A stretch of 63,384 nt of DNA, counting the filler, from Choristocarpus tenellus KU-1152 (Eukaryota; Protista; Phaeophyceae): NCBI GenBank assembly GCA_964200185.2. It is 10 parts of 10 records of this genome, joined end to end, with 100 filler letters (N's around TTAATTAATTAA, not from the genome) between each part and the next. Parts side by side here need not be neighbours in the genome. Positions count along the whole stretch, not along the records: positions 34,484 to 39,258 come from CAXNAD020013104.1; positions 39,359 to 57,967 come from CAXNAD020000531.1; 8 more parts are not named here. One strand, written 5' to 3'. Shown piece after piece: positions 35,450-46,761 of this stretch. Below the pieces are notes generated by a model. That model was not told where the DNA came from. It worked only from the letters and a program-made list of their open reading frames with translations, and searched no databases. Position 1 is the stretch's first letter; every line of letters starts with the position of its first letter. The translations under genes and the position numbers were made by a program.

Positions 35450-38400
35450 CTTGATGCTGTTAACTAGCTGACCAGACCCTCTTGGTATAACCAAATCAAT
35501 GAGATGATCCAGCTTCAGAAGCTCAGACACTGCAGCTCTGGACGTGACCAGACCAATGCAATCCCGTGATACCCGCCCCAAAGACCCCTCCGCAACAGCA
35601 TCCACAATCACCCTGTTGATTCAATCTCAGTCTCAGTCTCAGGCTCGCAATGGGGTTATGTGGGGCTGTTCAAAGGACAATGGGCTATGAATAATCACAA
35701 AACGAGCTTATAATATTTCCTCACAATTCCAGAAATAGCAACATAATGTACGTAGGGAAGAGAGTCTAGTAACCAACCAGCCAAGTATAGTATGGCAAGC
35801 CATCAACTCTACCTTCTCTAACTCGACCTCCAAACACATCATTCAACTCATTGTGGAGTTATGACACAATGCACCTGTGAATGCAGGTATTGGAGTGTTC
35901 TGCTTCCTTTCCTCCCTTGAGCAGAAGACCATTTCCAGATCTAAGAGCCAGCGAGGCTATTTGTGGCATAGAGTCAGGCCTGGACTCAAACACAATGAGG
36001 AGCACTCCTATGGGAGCTGTAACCTGAGGCATCCATTTCAGAATTGCAGAGTATGATGGGGGCAGAAGGGGTACGTGCAAAACCTGCTTAGGGGCAAGTA
36101 TAGTGGCGGAAAGCTGGAGATTCCCATACACCAAAAAGACTATCCTGAAAGAAAAATGTCGAATCCTCTGGCATAATATATATAATATAAAAAAAGGATT
36201 AAAACAAGAAAAAAAAATGTAGCAAAAAAATAATAATTTACAAAACCTAAAACATATCTTAGACATACACAGCCAGTCCCCTGATACGCCCGAAACGGTC
36301 GTACAAACCCCTAAAAACTTTGAATAATCTCAACACACACTCTTCAAGTAACAAATTGTATTTAATTCCACATCTTCACAACCCTTCAAATATCAAAATA
36401 CTCACTCCCTTTGCGATAGTACTTTTTTCTTATTTATTCAGATACCTCTAAGCCACGGGCAACATTCAAATTATGTTCAGTATTAAAAAACACACACACA
36501 CACACACAAAAAAAAATCAAATAAACGAAAAAAAATGGTAAGGACCCTCATCGGCAGTTACAGATCCATACGGACCTGCTTGAGGATGAGACCTTCTGAC
36601 AGCTCCAACCGGCTCTTGCACTGAGACACAGGTTCCTGTTCATCAGCCAATGACCTGATGCCATCGCAAAGGACCTTGATCTTGTCCTACAAAACAACAT
36701 AACAGTAATAGCAGCAACAAAATGGGAAAAATAACAAACGAAAAACGAAACTGTTATCCATAAAAAGAAATAAAAAAAATCACCACTGCACAAAAATGTA
36801 CTTCCATTTAAACCCTAACCCTATCACAAGACACAATGAAAATATGCAGTAACAGAATTACACAGGCACAGAGCACACAGCACCAATACCCTACACTCCA
36901 CATTCCGTAGTCCAAATACCACTTCACTCATCACTTCACCACAGCAAAGAATAAATAAACAATTCATACATATATATATCGCCATCAAACTACTTGCAAA
37001 CGTGCATTTCACGGAGGCGTTACCACAAATAAAAATATAAATATTGAAGTGCGTTCAAAAAGTCCAGTTCATTCAAAAAGGATCTTCCATTACAAAGGAT
37101 CCCCCTCCCCTTCCCCCCCCCCCACCCGCCAAGCTACCACAACCTAATAGGAAAAAATAAAATAAAAAAATCTCACCGTGGTAAGGGAAAGGCGTTTCAG
37201 CAGAGCACCTCCGACATTGTTTGCCTTGGCAGCAGCCAGATCACGGGCGTTAGCCGTCATTATCTGAGGGGTCTTGGACACCAACGCATCCGCCACCTTT
37301 CTCAAAATTGCAGACCTCTCCTCACTTTGTGTGTGTGTGTTCACACCGTATATATTTTTCAATCAAGTTCAACAAATAAAAAAGGCAAAAGGAAAAAATT
37401 AATTTAAAAAAATATTTTCGATCAATAATAATAAAAATGAGAATAAAAGGGGGGTGAGGTGAAAAAAACTATTAACAAATATATATATATATTTATTTAT
37501 TATATTATATTGTATACACCACGCAGAAGGTACTGCATCGGACTAAAACATAAAAATAATTAAAAAATTTCAATTAGTAATTTTAGGAAAACTTTCACTC
37601 CCAAAGTACTCTTTTGCACATCTCAAAAAACCTCCCACAAAATTCCTTTTTTTTCAAGTAGTATCTCGTGTCTGTGTTGGTTAAAAAAAAATCAGATGAA
37701 AATTTCAAGGAGGTATTTCCAGAAGAAATTTCCAACCCCCTCCCTCCCTTCAAAAAAAACCCAACTCAAATCGTTCCACAGAGAACTTCACTCACCAGAC
37801 CAGCCCCTCACCTCTCACCATCCTAACACTCTCCCACCACAAGAAGGAGCACACACACACAAAGAAAGGATAGCCAGCACTTCACAAGGGTTTCAATGAA
37901 ATAAGCGGAAGAGAGTTCACCTTACAAAGAAACAAGCCATCACGCTGTAATACCTAGACTTGGAATCATCATTACAAAGGCTCAAAGTATCTGGGGGGGG
38001 GGCAGCTGCCAATTCGGTACTCATTTTTCCATGTCACATTTTTTGTACGATTTGGTTGCATGCATCAGATGGATAATGTAAGTGCACTTTTCCAGGTCAG
38101 GGCCCAAATGGATACCCTGGTGTAGACCCCCCCCCCAGATACTTTGAGCCCAAAAAGCCAAAATTCCTGTAGGAAATCCCCTAAAACCTACACAGAAAAC
38201 TTAAGAACAGGTGTAACCCCACTTCCTTCTTTTAACCTGCACTAAATTTTCTGAGAAAGATCTTTCCTCCCCAAAAGAAAGTTCCAGTTCATTTCTATCG
38301 AGGTTATTACCAACCACACTCCAGCTTTTGAGAAAAAATTCATGGAGCAAAGTACCAAAACTTCTTTCCTTCCATGGGTCTCTTGCTTCTTCTCAAACCC

Positions 38401-39198
38401 CAAACAAGTAGAGGACACTATGCCACAAGCTGACTTAGTACCTCAACAAAAGTGAGAATCTCTTCTGAGTGACTGATAACCCTAGGTGGTCTCAGCAAAG
38501 AGCCACGCTATGGTTAAGGGGGTTTCTATTCAGACCCTTTTGAGTGATTGGCCTTTAAAGAGCTTCTACCTGAGACCTCACTTCCGATACCTAAAATGCT
38601 ATTAACCCTAACCCTTGGTTAGCCTGTCACCGGAGTAAGAAGATGTCCCTATGAGTGCAAAACTGTCCTCCCAGCACAATAGCATTTTGAAAAAATCAAA
38701 GAAAAAAATATCACACTACACCATCAGTACAATGTAGCAGTGAGCAGGAATCACTCTCTGGCAAAAGATCGCGTCCCTCTTTTTTCAAATCCCTTTGAAT
38801 CTAACATTCTCCCCCCCCCCAAAAAAAAAAAAAAAAAAAAAAAAAAAAACAAAAAAAAAAAAAAACAACACACAACAAACACAACAAACACACAAAAATA
38901 AAAACAAAATTAGATCCTTATCACCAGCTTCAGCCCTAACCCTAATCCTCAAATGGCAACACTACGACAAACCTCAACATTTTAGGACATACACCTACCC
39001 CACCCTACCCAAACTCCAGATCAAAAAATAATAGCATCCTACAACGCCCCAATTCACCATCATCTGCACCTTGTGAGGCTACAGAGCTGTCTTCCTCCTG
39101 CCCTCGCTCCTTCTGCCTGTCTGACCAAAATCCCATCAACATCTTCACTTTCCTTGACGCTAAACAGCTTGGGCTCTTTCCTGAACATTGTTCCAACC
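35450..39198 (-). CDS. P5CS: Bifunctional delta-1-pyrroline-5-carboxylate synthase, internal part (exons 39198-39070, 37324-37177, 36686-36576, 36023-35875, 35612-35450)
   Basis: VGTMF (end of glutamate kinase domain) spliced to [24 protein letters not shown]; [39 protein letters not shown]; IDLVIPRGS (gamma-glutamyl phosphate reductase domain). Confidence 0.93.
37979..38150 (-). mobile_element. MITE family A, complete, in P5CS intron
   Basis: GGCTCAAAGTATCTGGGGG ... CCCCCAGATACTTTGAGCC. Confidence 0.9.
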
Positions 39199-40016
39199 CT
39201 ACAAGGCATTGCATGTAAAAAATCAATTCAATCAATTCAATCAATAGAAGCGGGGGGGNNNNNNNNNNNNNNNNNNNNNNNNNNNNNNNNNNNNNNNNNN
39301 NNTTAATTAATTAANNNNNNNNNNNNNNNNNNNNNNNNNNNNNNNNNNNNNNNNNNNNAAGCGGGGTGCGGGAAAGGGATAATGGGGGGGGGGGGGGGGG
39401 GGGGGGGGAGGGGGAGGGGAGAAGGGAACAGACACAAACAAAAAGGTCAAGTGGTTCACAAAACGTTGGGTGAGAGGTGCCATTGAAAAAACAGCAGTAA
39501 CGGACAAGAATCCCATCCTCTAACCCTAAGTTAGGAGCTAGCCTCCTCTGGGAAAAGTAAAAATAAATAGTTGCCCGACCCAGGGGATCTTCAGTTCTTT
39601 CCTACAAGTAGCAAAATGGCAGCAAAAGTAAAAGCGCACAATAACTTGCGAGTGAGGCATCCCAGGCATTGTTGGCAGAGTTTTACAGTGGCAGGCATAA
39701 TATTGATCAGAAATGGGACAGGACAGACGAAATAACAGATAATACCCACACCAACAACATTAGCTTCCCTTGAATTTACGAATGCTTTGCAGGTGTGCGG
39801 TGTGGTAGATGCGCAGATCAGGGTGGACACATTGGATCTCCAAGTTGGTGAGTAGTGGGACAAGAAGTTATGTAAACAACAACATCTCCACGCTCTTTTG
39901 TGAAGCATCCCACACATTTCTTCTCCGACAGCATACTATTTGGCGTTGAGTTGATGGCTAATCATGACTGCGACGAACGATTTCGAGGAGAGGGTGATCG
40001 CCGCACCGTGATATAC

Positions 40017-40386
40017 CTGCTAGATTGTTTTCCATTAGTGATAGCCTCGTCACTTGCCCATCATCATTGACTCCAACACCGTGGCAGCTGATGATATTCG
40101 TAATCTGTGCACCCCAGCCATAATTGCATTTCCATGAAGGCCCACCAGTATCGAGAAACGAGATTCGCAGTACCTCTAGGGTCACGGCTTGGGAAGCCCC
40201 AGAATCATCGACTAGGTCTGCGCATAGGGCAGGGGTAACGCATGTTGCATTAAGAGTCATACGCTCACCAGTATCAGGCGAAACACACCATACCCAATCG
40301 ATGAACAGAATTCGGAACGATATCTACTCACCCTTTCTTTCCATGGTTTCGACCTGCCCTCTTTCCTCACGCACTCTCTTCGGCAT
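40017..40386 (-). CDS. Leucine-rich repeat protein N-terminus, 3'-partial (exons 40386-40332, 40217-40017)
   Basis: LEVLRISFLDTGGPSWKCNYGWG...SCHGVGVNDDGQVTRLSLMENNLAG is the LRR N-terminal cap common in brown algal LRR proteins. Confidence 0.8.
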
Positions 40387-40979
40387 GTTATCCTCAGTAC
40401 GGGCGTAAGTTGGATTTCTCGACGTAATAAGCCCTAGAGAAAGCATTGAGATTATGTAAGCACGTTGAGGGGTCATATTCAACTCCTTCTTGTACTGGGA
40501 GATAAAGAATGGCGAGGTGTTAGGCATCTCTTGTAGAGACCTAGTCACCAGGGGTGGACAAAGCACACATATCAGCCCGTCGTCCTATTGGTTTTCATAG
40601 ACTTACCTGAAATGTCTATCAGTTCGAGGATTATTATGTAGGTGCAGAGCACAAAATCATGTCAAAACGCCACAATGCAGAGGTAGACTTGAGAGGGACA
40701 CAGAACTTCATCACTACAACTGTACACATGAAACTAAAAGATGACAAATGATACGAACTTCGACTGGCTCTATTATTCATGATCTGAGAAGAAAATCTGA
40801 GTGAGTTTTGTATGTTGATGGCGCTTTGTCTCCTGTATCCAATTGAAGCAACAATCTATACAACTTCATCTACCTTACCTGTCGGGGAGATGGTAACCAC
40901 TAATGACTTGCAGTGGGGCCTGTAAACGTTAATGAGGATCTACATGTAACAAGCTGGGGTGTTGACCGGAAAACTTCCG

Positions 40980-42109
40980 ATGATGCGAGTGATAATGGTA
41001 CATTTCATTGTTATCTTGGTATATTTCATTGGTTTAGTGAGTCCTCGTAAGTATGGAGCCCTCGCATTCGTTTTGGGAGCATCACGCAGAGGTGTTTTGA
41101 GTAAATTCATGGATTCCCATGTCTTTGCCCCTAGTGAGGAGTTCGCGCCATCAAGTGCTTCATCTCTACTTACACGTCCGATTCTAGAGCTTATCACCCC
41201 AGACGGCTGTGCTTCCTCTCAAAGTACCGCAGATACTATAATTGCAAATGTAGAGGAGGCAATTCGCGGTGGGGTATCGTTAGTGCAGTTGAGAGACTAC
41301 GACTCCACCTCGGCGGCCAAAATATCCTTCGCACATCGGCTTCGAAAGGTCACGTTGGGTTTAGCCTACCTGGTTGTTAACGGAGACCCAGACATGGCTA
41401 GGATCTGTGGGGCAGATGGGGTGCACCTTCCTGAGCGCATGATGGGGTCTATTGCTGATCTTAGATGTTCGTCTTGGCCACATCTTGTGGGTTGCTCAGT
41501 GCACTCGATAGATGCGGCAGTCGAGGCTGCAAGACAAGGGGCACACTACATACAGGTGCGAAGAGAACTGTCAAAGTGTGTGTTGAGTACGCTTCAAGAC
41601 CGTGCTCCTCATTCTTGCTTTCCAAACAGAATACCCAGAAAACTAGGTAGATCGAAGTGGAGAAGAATAGAAAAGGTGTAAGTAACATAACCCTGGATAA
41701 CCACCAATGTTTTGTATGTGGACCACTACGGTCCTTCCCCTTAGGCAGTATCTCTACACCTGAGTCCCTTCTGCCCACCACTAACGGTCCTGAACAGGTT
41801 GGCACAATGTTTGCCACGCAATGCCACCCTGGGAAGATCCCTGAAGGGGTAAGCCTGGTAAGAGACATCCGGCGCCAGCTCAATTTGGAAGGCCTTTCAG
41901 GAGTATCCATTATCGGTGTAGGGGGTATCAACGGAGGTAATTGTGAGGCAGTTTTGAGTGCTGGGGCGGATGGAGTAGCTGTGATTCGATCGTTGTGCAA
42001 CAGCAACAATCCTGAGGCAAATGCACGTGCCTTGATTGATGTTATGTCTCTTTCTGGAGGCACCCGCAAACAGGGTAAAGGGACCGAAAAGAATGGTGGA
42101 TGTAGATGA
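40980..42109 (+). CDS. Thiamine-phosphate synthase / TenI family protein with N-terminal signal peptide (exons 40980-41555, 41798-42109)
   Basis: GGVSLVQLRD, GADGVHLP, GCSVHS, YIQ-VGTMFAT, GVGGIN, AGADGVAVIR are TMP-TenI TIM-barrel motifs; in-phase GT-AG intron. Confidence 0.9.
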
Positions 42110-43714
42110 CTATATACCTTCAGGCTTCTGAATGTACACTCAACTTGTCATTCATGTCGAAATGTGGTTGAAGTGTTGGTAACCCTTATTGCCAATAGGA
42201 ACTCGTGACTTAGCAGAGATTAACATTCCGTGTATTATCAAAGTGCCTACGTGGCACTTATCAATTCCCTTCGAGTGTAGACTTCAAAGGAGGTAGGATT
42301 TAATTTAGGAAGATAAGATGAAATTATTTTATCTGCCACATGACCGCTGTGTGAAATATTGGGCTCCTGTCTACAGAGTTACACATTCTCCATACAATCA
42401 CAACCCACTTCAGGCAAGAAACAACACCTCACTGATGTGTTGCAGGTTCAAAGTTCCGTTCTTGGTTGTGTTGCTTAAGCAGACATCAAACACGGTGCTA
42501 TGCCTGTTATCACTAACCCAGTCACAAGATTGGTACAAGAGAATGTTCTCACCGTGTCTAGAATGTAATGCAACCTCACTCACTCAATGTATTCACGAGT
42601 AGACTTGAAACTCACACTTCAACTTGATGCCTTTGTTGAATCTGTGAACCTCCTGTTGATGCCAGAGTCTACTGTCAGAGAGCTGGGTTGAAAATTCTTA
42701 GAAAATTCTTCGGGTTAGGGCAAGATTTCAACTTCTGTTCCATGTCCAGACTTTCATCTATTTATTAATGCCCAGTCCTCATCTAACACCCTAAACATCA
42801 AGAAACTGGTAATGTGTAGTACTTGCTACTAGGTACCCACCCTTCTCCACAAATATGTTCTCTGAAGCTTACTCCCCTTCTGAAAGATCTATTGATCCTC
42901 TACCCAATGCCTCCGTATCCAGAAGGTTACAACCCAATGCTCTAGGTATGTTGTTACTGTTGTGTGAGCCGGCCCTTTAAGTATAGGTCTGCACCATCTC
43001 ACCACTGGCACTATTTGTAGCCAGGCTTGGTCATAAAATAGCAGGTATATGGAAACAATGACAACATTTTCTCACCAGACATTCACAAAAAAGATGTAGA
43101 GGTTACGCTCTTTGATTCATCCATGAAAAAAAAATCCATTGCATGGTGAGGGAATATCTGTTGTATTACAAAGATCACTACATGCATTATCCAATCCACC
43201 CAATGCCCCCTGAAACCAACTTCCAGATCCTACCAAAAGATGGTATGATTCACATCATGACGATTTCAAGTTTCCTTGACAGAACTTGTTGGTGGATCAT
43301 TTATGTGTTGCACTTCCAAGCACACCCGGGCACAGTTACAAAGGTCGCTGAAATCAAAGCACAGAAACAAAGTTAACCTACAGAGTTAACCTACAGAGCT
43401 CAAGCCCTAATGTGTGCTTGACTCAGCACAAAAATGCAAAGCATTGTCAAGAGCGCTACTCAAAATAGTAAGAAAAAATTGTGACGTCAAGTTGCTGCAA
43501 CATCACACACATAGGCTAAATCTTCAGAATGAGAAAATGGAAAGAAAGGATAACACTCAACATACATGTGCTGGGGTGTATACACAGTTCCTACAAATTT
43601 CATGAAACTGAACACTCACTTGAACTCAACTTGTCTATGCACCTTTCTACCTCCTATGGACCCAACCCTAACCCTAACCAGTAGAGTGCCTTCATTCCAT
43701 CCTAGTGATAAACA

Positions 43715-46316
43715 TTACGTGAGGGAGTCAATCAGAGAACTGCGCATGCCATCCACAATGTTTGATGGTCCTTGCTCGTTGAGTTTAAAGATTGACTCCA
43801 CAACACTGATTTCTGTTGATGTAGTGTCCAGTCCACAGAAGGCTGTCCAGTCATTGGCAACCACTCCAGCTCCCAATACATCTGACCCACGGTTTACTGT
43901 GCCAGCAACTAATGGGATCTGCCAAGGACGGTTGTGTGTGTGTTGATGAAACAAAAAAAAAGAAGCAAGACAGGTGTGAGGAGAGAGGGTAAAATTGCAG
44001 CTTTCTGGGAAAAAAAAAAACAATTTATTGAATAGATACAAAAAAAAAATCAAGGTCGCAAAGGCCAAGTAATTAGTTAAAGGAACCTCCCTCACACTAC
44101 ACATTCTTAGGGTTAGGGTTTTGCTGGGCATTCATTGACCCAGGTTACTGCAAGAACCCCATCATGGCAAAAATTAAAAAAAATGGAACAGACAAAAAAA
44201 AAAAACTAGCATAGAGCACACTAGCCAAGACATACAAGTGTGAGGTGTATATTGTGGTCATCGGGGTACCCTGGGCAAAAATGGACAGAGGTAGTTTGTC
44301 ACAATTGGCAAGTGAACAAATCCTGCATTCAGGGCGCAATGCTTCCAAAAAAACAAAAATATTCAGGAGCTGAGAATAGAATTTTTTTTCGTATGGGGTC
44401 TGTTAAGTGGTTAGGGTTGGGGTTAGGGTTAGCCTGCAGCACTAGAAAAAACAACACCCCTGCTGTTCTCTTTGGTGGGATCCGATCTCACCCTCTGATT
44501 ATTCAGAGAACAAGTTGAACACAGGTGTGATCATTGATTGACAGATCGCTTTCGTTTCGGAGATTCTGACAAAAGCCCGCGTCTTGACCCCAGGGTTAGG
44601 GTTAGTAGGTTAAATTCCATGTCCAGAGGAAATAAAAACAGACATGCATTATGTGTGAAGACGGAACCTTTCTTGCTGGGTTTGGTAACCCTAACCCTAT
44701 CACCTGCAGGAGGCTCGAGAGTTCTTCGATGTCCTCTATTGATGTCCTCGGGTGAACCATCCCTCCCTGATTTGTGATTACAGCGTAGCTTCCCACAAGG
44801 GCATTACCGGCAATGGTTTGCCGAAATACCTCCACCCCCAGCACATCTGAAACTAGGTCTTCTGTTTCCTGTTTGAAACATGAAAACACGAGGACGTCAT
44901 CATCAGATCTCACACCTTGTGAAGCACAATATTTGAGCAAAATGGAAAAATAACAATCCGATATGCTCATCGTAGTAGGGAAATAAACCTGATTAATGCA
45001 CACCTCTATACATGAACAAACACACATGTTGTGTCATCAGGGCATTCAAAACAAATTTTAGCACTATCCAACACAATCATTAAGACTATCCAACACAATC
45101 ATTTACACTATCCAACACAATCATTAACACTATCCAACACAATCATTGACACTATTCAACACAATCATTTACACTATCCAACACAATCATTTACACTATC
45201 CAACACAATCATTTACAGCGCAGTTTCGAATCAAAATCAAATACAGGCAGGGTAGAAAATTGACAGTGAACAAGCAAACCTTCACATTTAGTAAGACAGC
45301 TATTAAATGAGCAAGATCGACTTCCACCTCAACGACAACACAAAACGCAGGAAGACTGTGGTTTTTGGTGGTAGATTACAATAAAGTGCAAAGGGACAAG
45401 CACTGAAAATAAGGCGATACTCCAAGTGTTATTCGTAAGTGAGTGCACCCTAACCCTAACCCTAACCCTGAAATTCAATTTGTTTGTTCTCCTTGACTCC
45501 ATGGTGTGGGCGCAACAAGGAAGAAGTTTCATGGAATAAATAAATATCTCGATTCAACACCTTATCCACTGAATCTCGCTCTTCTCATCCTCAATATCAC
45601 ACTCTTACCCGATCAAGGTCGGTGTGCACCAGAGCAACGTGATCATTTGTGACAACGCAGTTTCCAAGGGCAGAGAGACGTTCCTCCACCCGCTGGATGA
45701 CCACCTTATCAGGTAACGCATTTCTCAAATGCTGAAGCTCCTGGTCCGTTGTCGTGTTGGGTACCAAAAGACCTCTCTTGTTCCCTTAAAACAGCATCGG
45801 ATTGGAAAGGGGCAGCATCAACAGCTAAGTCACGCGGGGGAGGATTCGAGCCCTACTATGTTACGTATTACTAACAAATTAGCATCCCAAGGCACCAGAC
45901 AATAATTAATAATGAGTAAGGAAAGAAATGAATAATGACTAGAATGACTGCGAATAGGAGTAACTAAAAAGTGTTGCGAGGTGAAGGACACATCCACATC
46001 AAGACTTGGGAATTACGGTTAGACGCATATTGGGTACCTGGACGATATGAGGAAACTCTCATGTCGAGGACATGGGCGTTAAGGGTTTACAATCGAAGAG
46101 CCGAGTCACAATATTGCACTCACCCACACAGACCCGACCTACAAATCGGCATCCAGCGATACTGGTGTGCACCACAGGTATGTGATCGGCCAGCTCTGAC
46201 TCAAAAACAGAATAAAAGTTCTCGCTTCCACCAATAGAACAAAGGGCGAAGCTGTTGGTCAGCTTGGAGAAGACACCAATCTCATTCGAGTTCTCGAACG
46301 CCGCTCTAGTAGCCAT
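43715..46316 (-). CDS. EIF6: Eukaryotic translation initiation factor 6 (exons 46316-46124, 45784-45609, 44868-44704, 43918-43715)
   Basis: [69 protein letters not shown]; complete and in phase. Confidence 0.98.
45062..45213. repeat. Minisatellite, ~21-22-bp unit (ACACTATCCAACACAATCATT) x7 in eIF6 intron
   Basis: Directly visible tandem units. Confidence 0.92.
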
Positions 46317-46761
46317 GCCACGATTCCTGTGTCAATGCCAAGCCTTCGTTCAGTCCTTCCTAGAAATTTACCTGCGTAGAATGGTCAATGTGGGGAATAA
46401 GCAGTGCCGCTGGAAAATAGGTACTGAACCCCTGATACTATGCACCACAGGAAGAAGGATGCTCAGGAAAGTCGGTGGTGGTGTCCTCTAAACCAAGTTA
46501 CCCACACTGGAAACGTTCTACATATGGAAGGCGTTCCTTCACAAATTTATACTATCACCATTGCACCAAATACACGACAGGACTGGGAATTGCATTTCGA
46601 GGTAGGGGGGGGGGGGTGGGGGGTCTCCAAACGAGCTTTAAATAGGCGCCCGGTTGAAGTTTCCCTAACAATGATTCTCCAGTGCTGAAGAATTGCCGAT
46701 ACCTTTCGAGATTAAAACTAAGAACGTCCAGGGAACCTCTTTAGAGGTACTGTGTTCCAAA

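Noticed and set aside
37979-38150. MITEs acting as introners
   Set aside because: Copies lie inside existing introns or intergenic DNA, and their ends do not coincide with splice sites.
41461-42069. 202-aa minus-strand ORF
   Set aside because: Antisense shadow of the ThiE/TenI-family gene.
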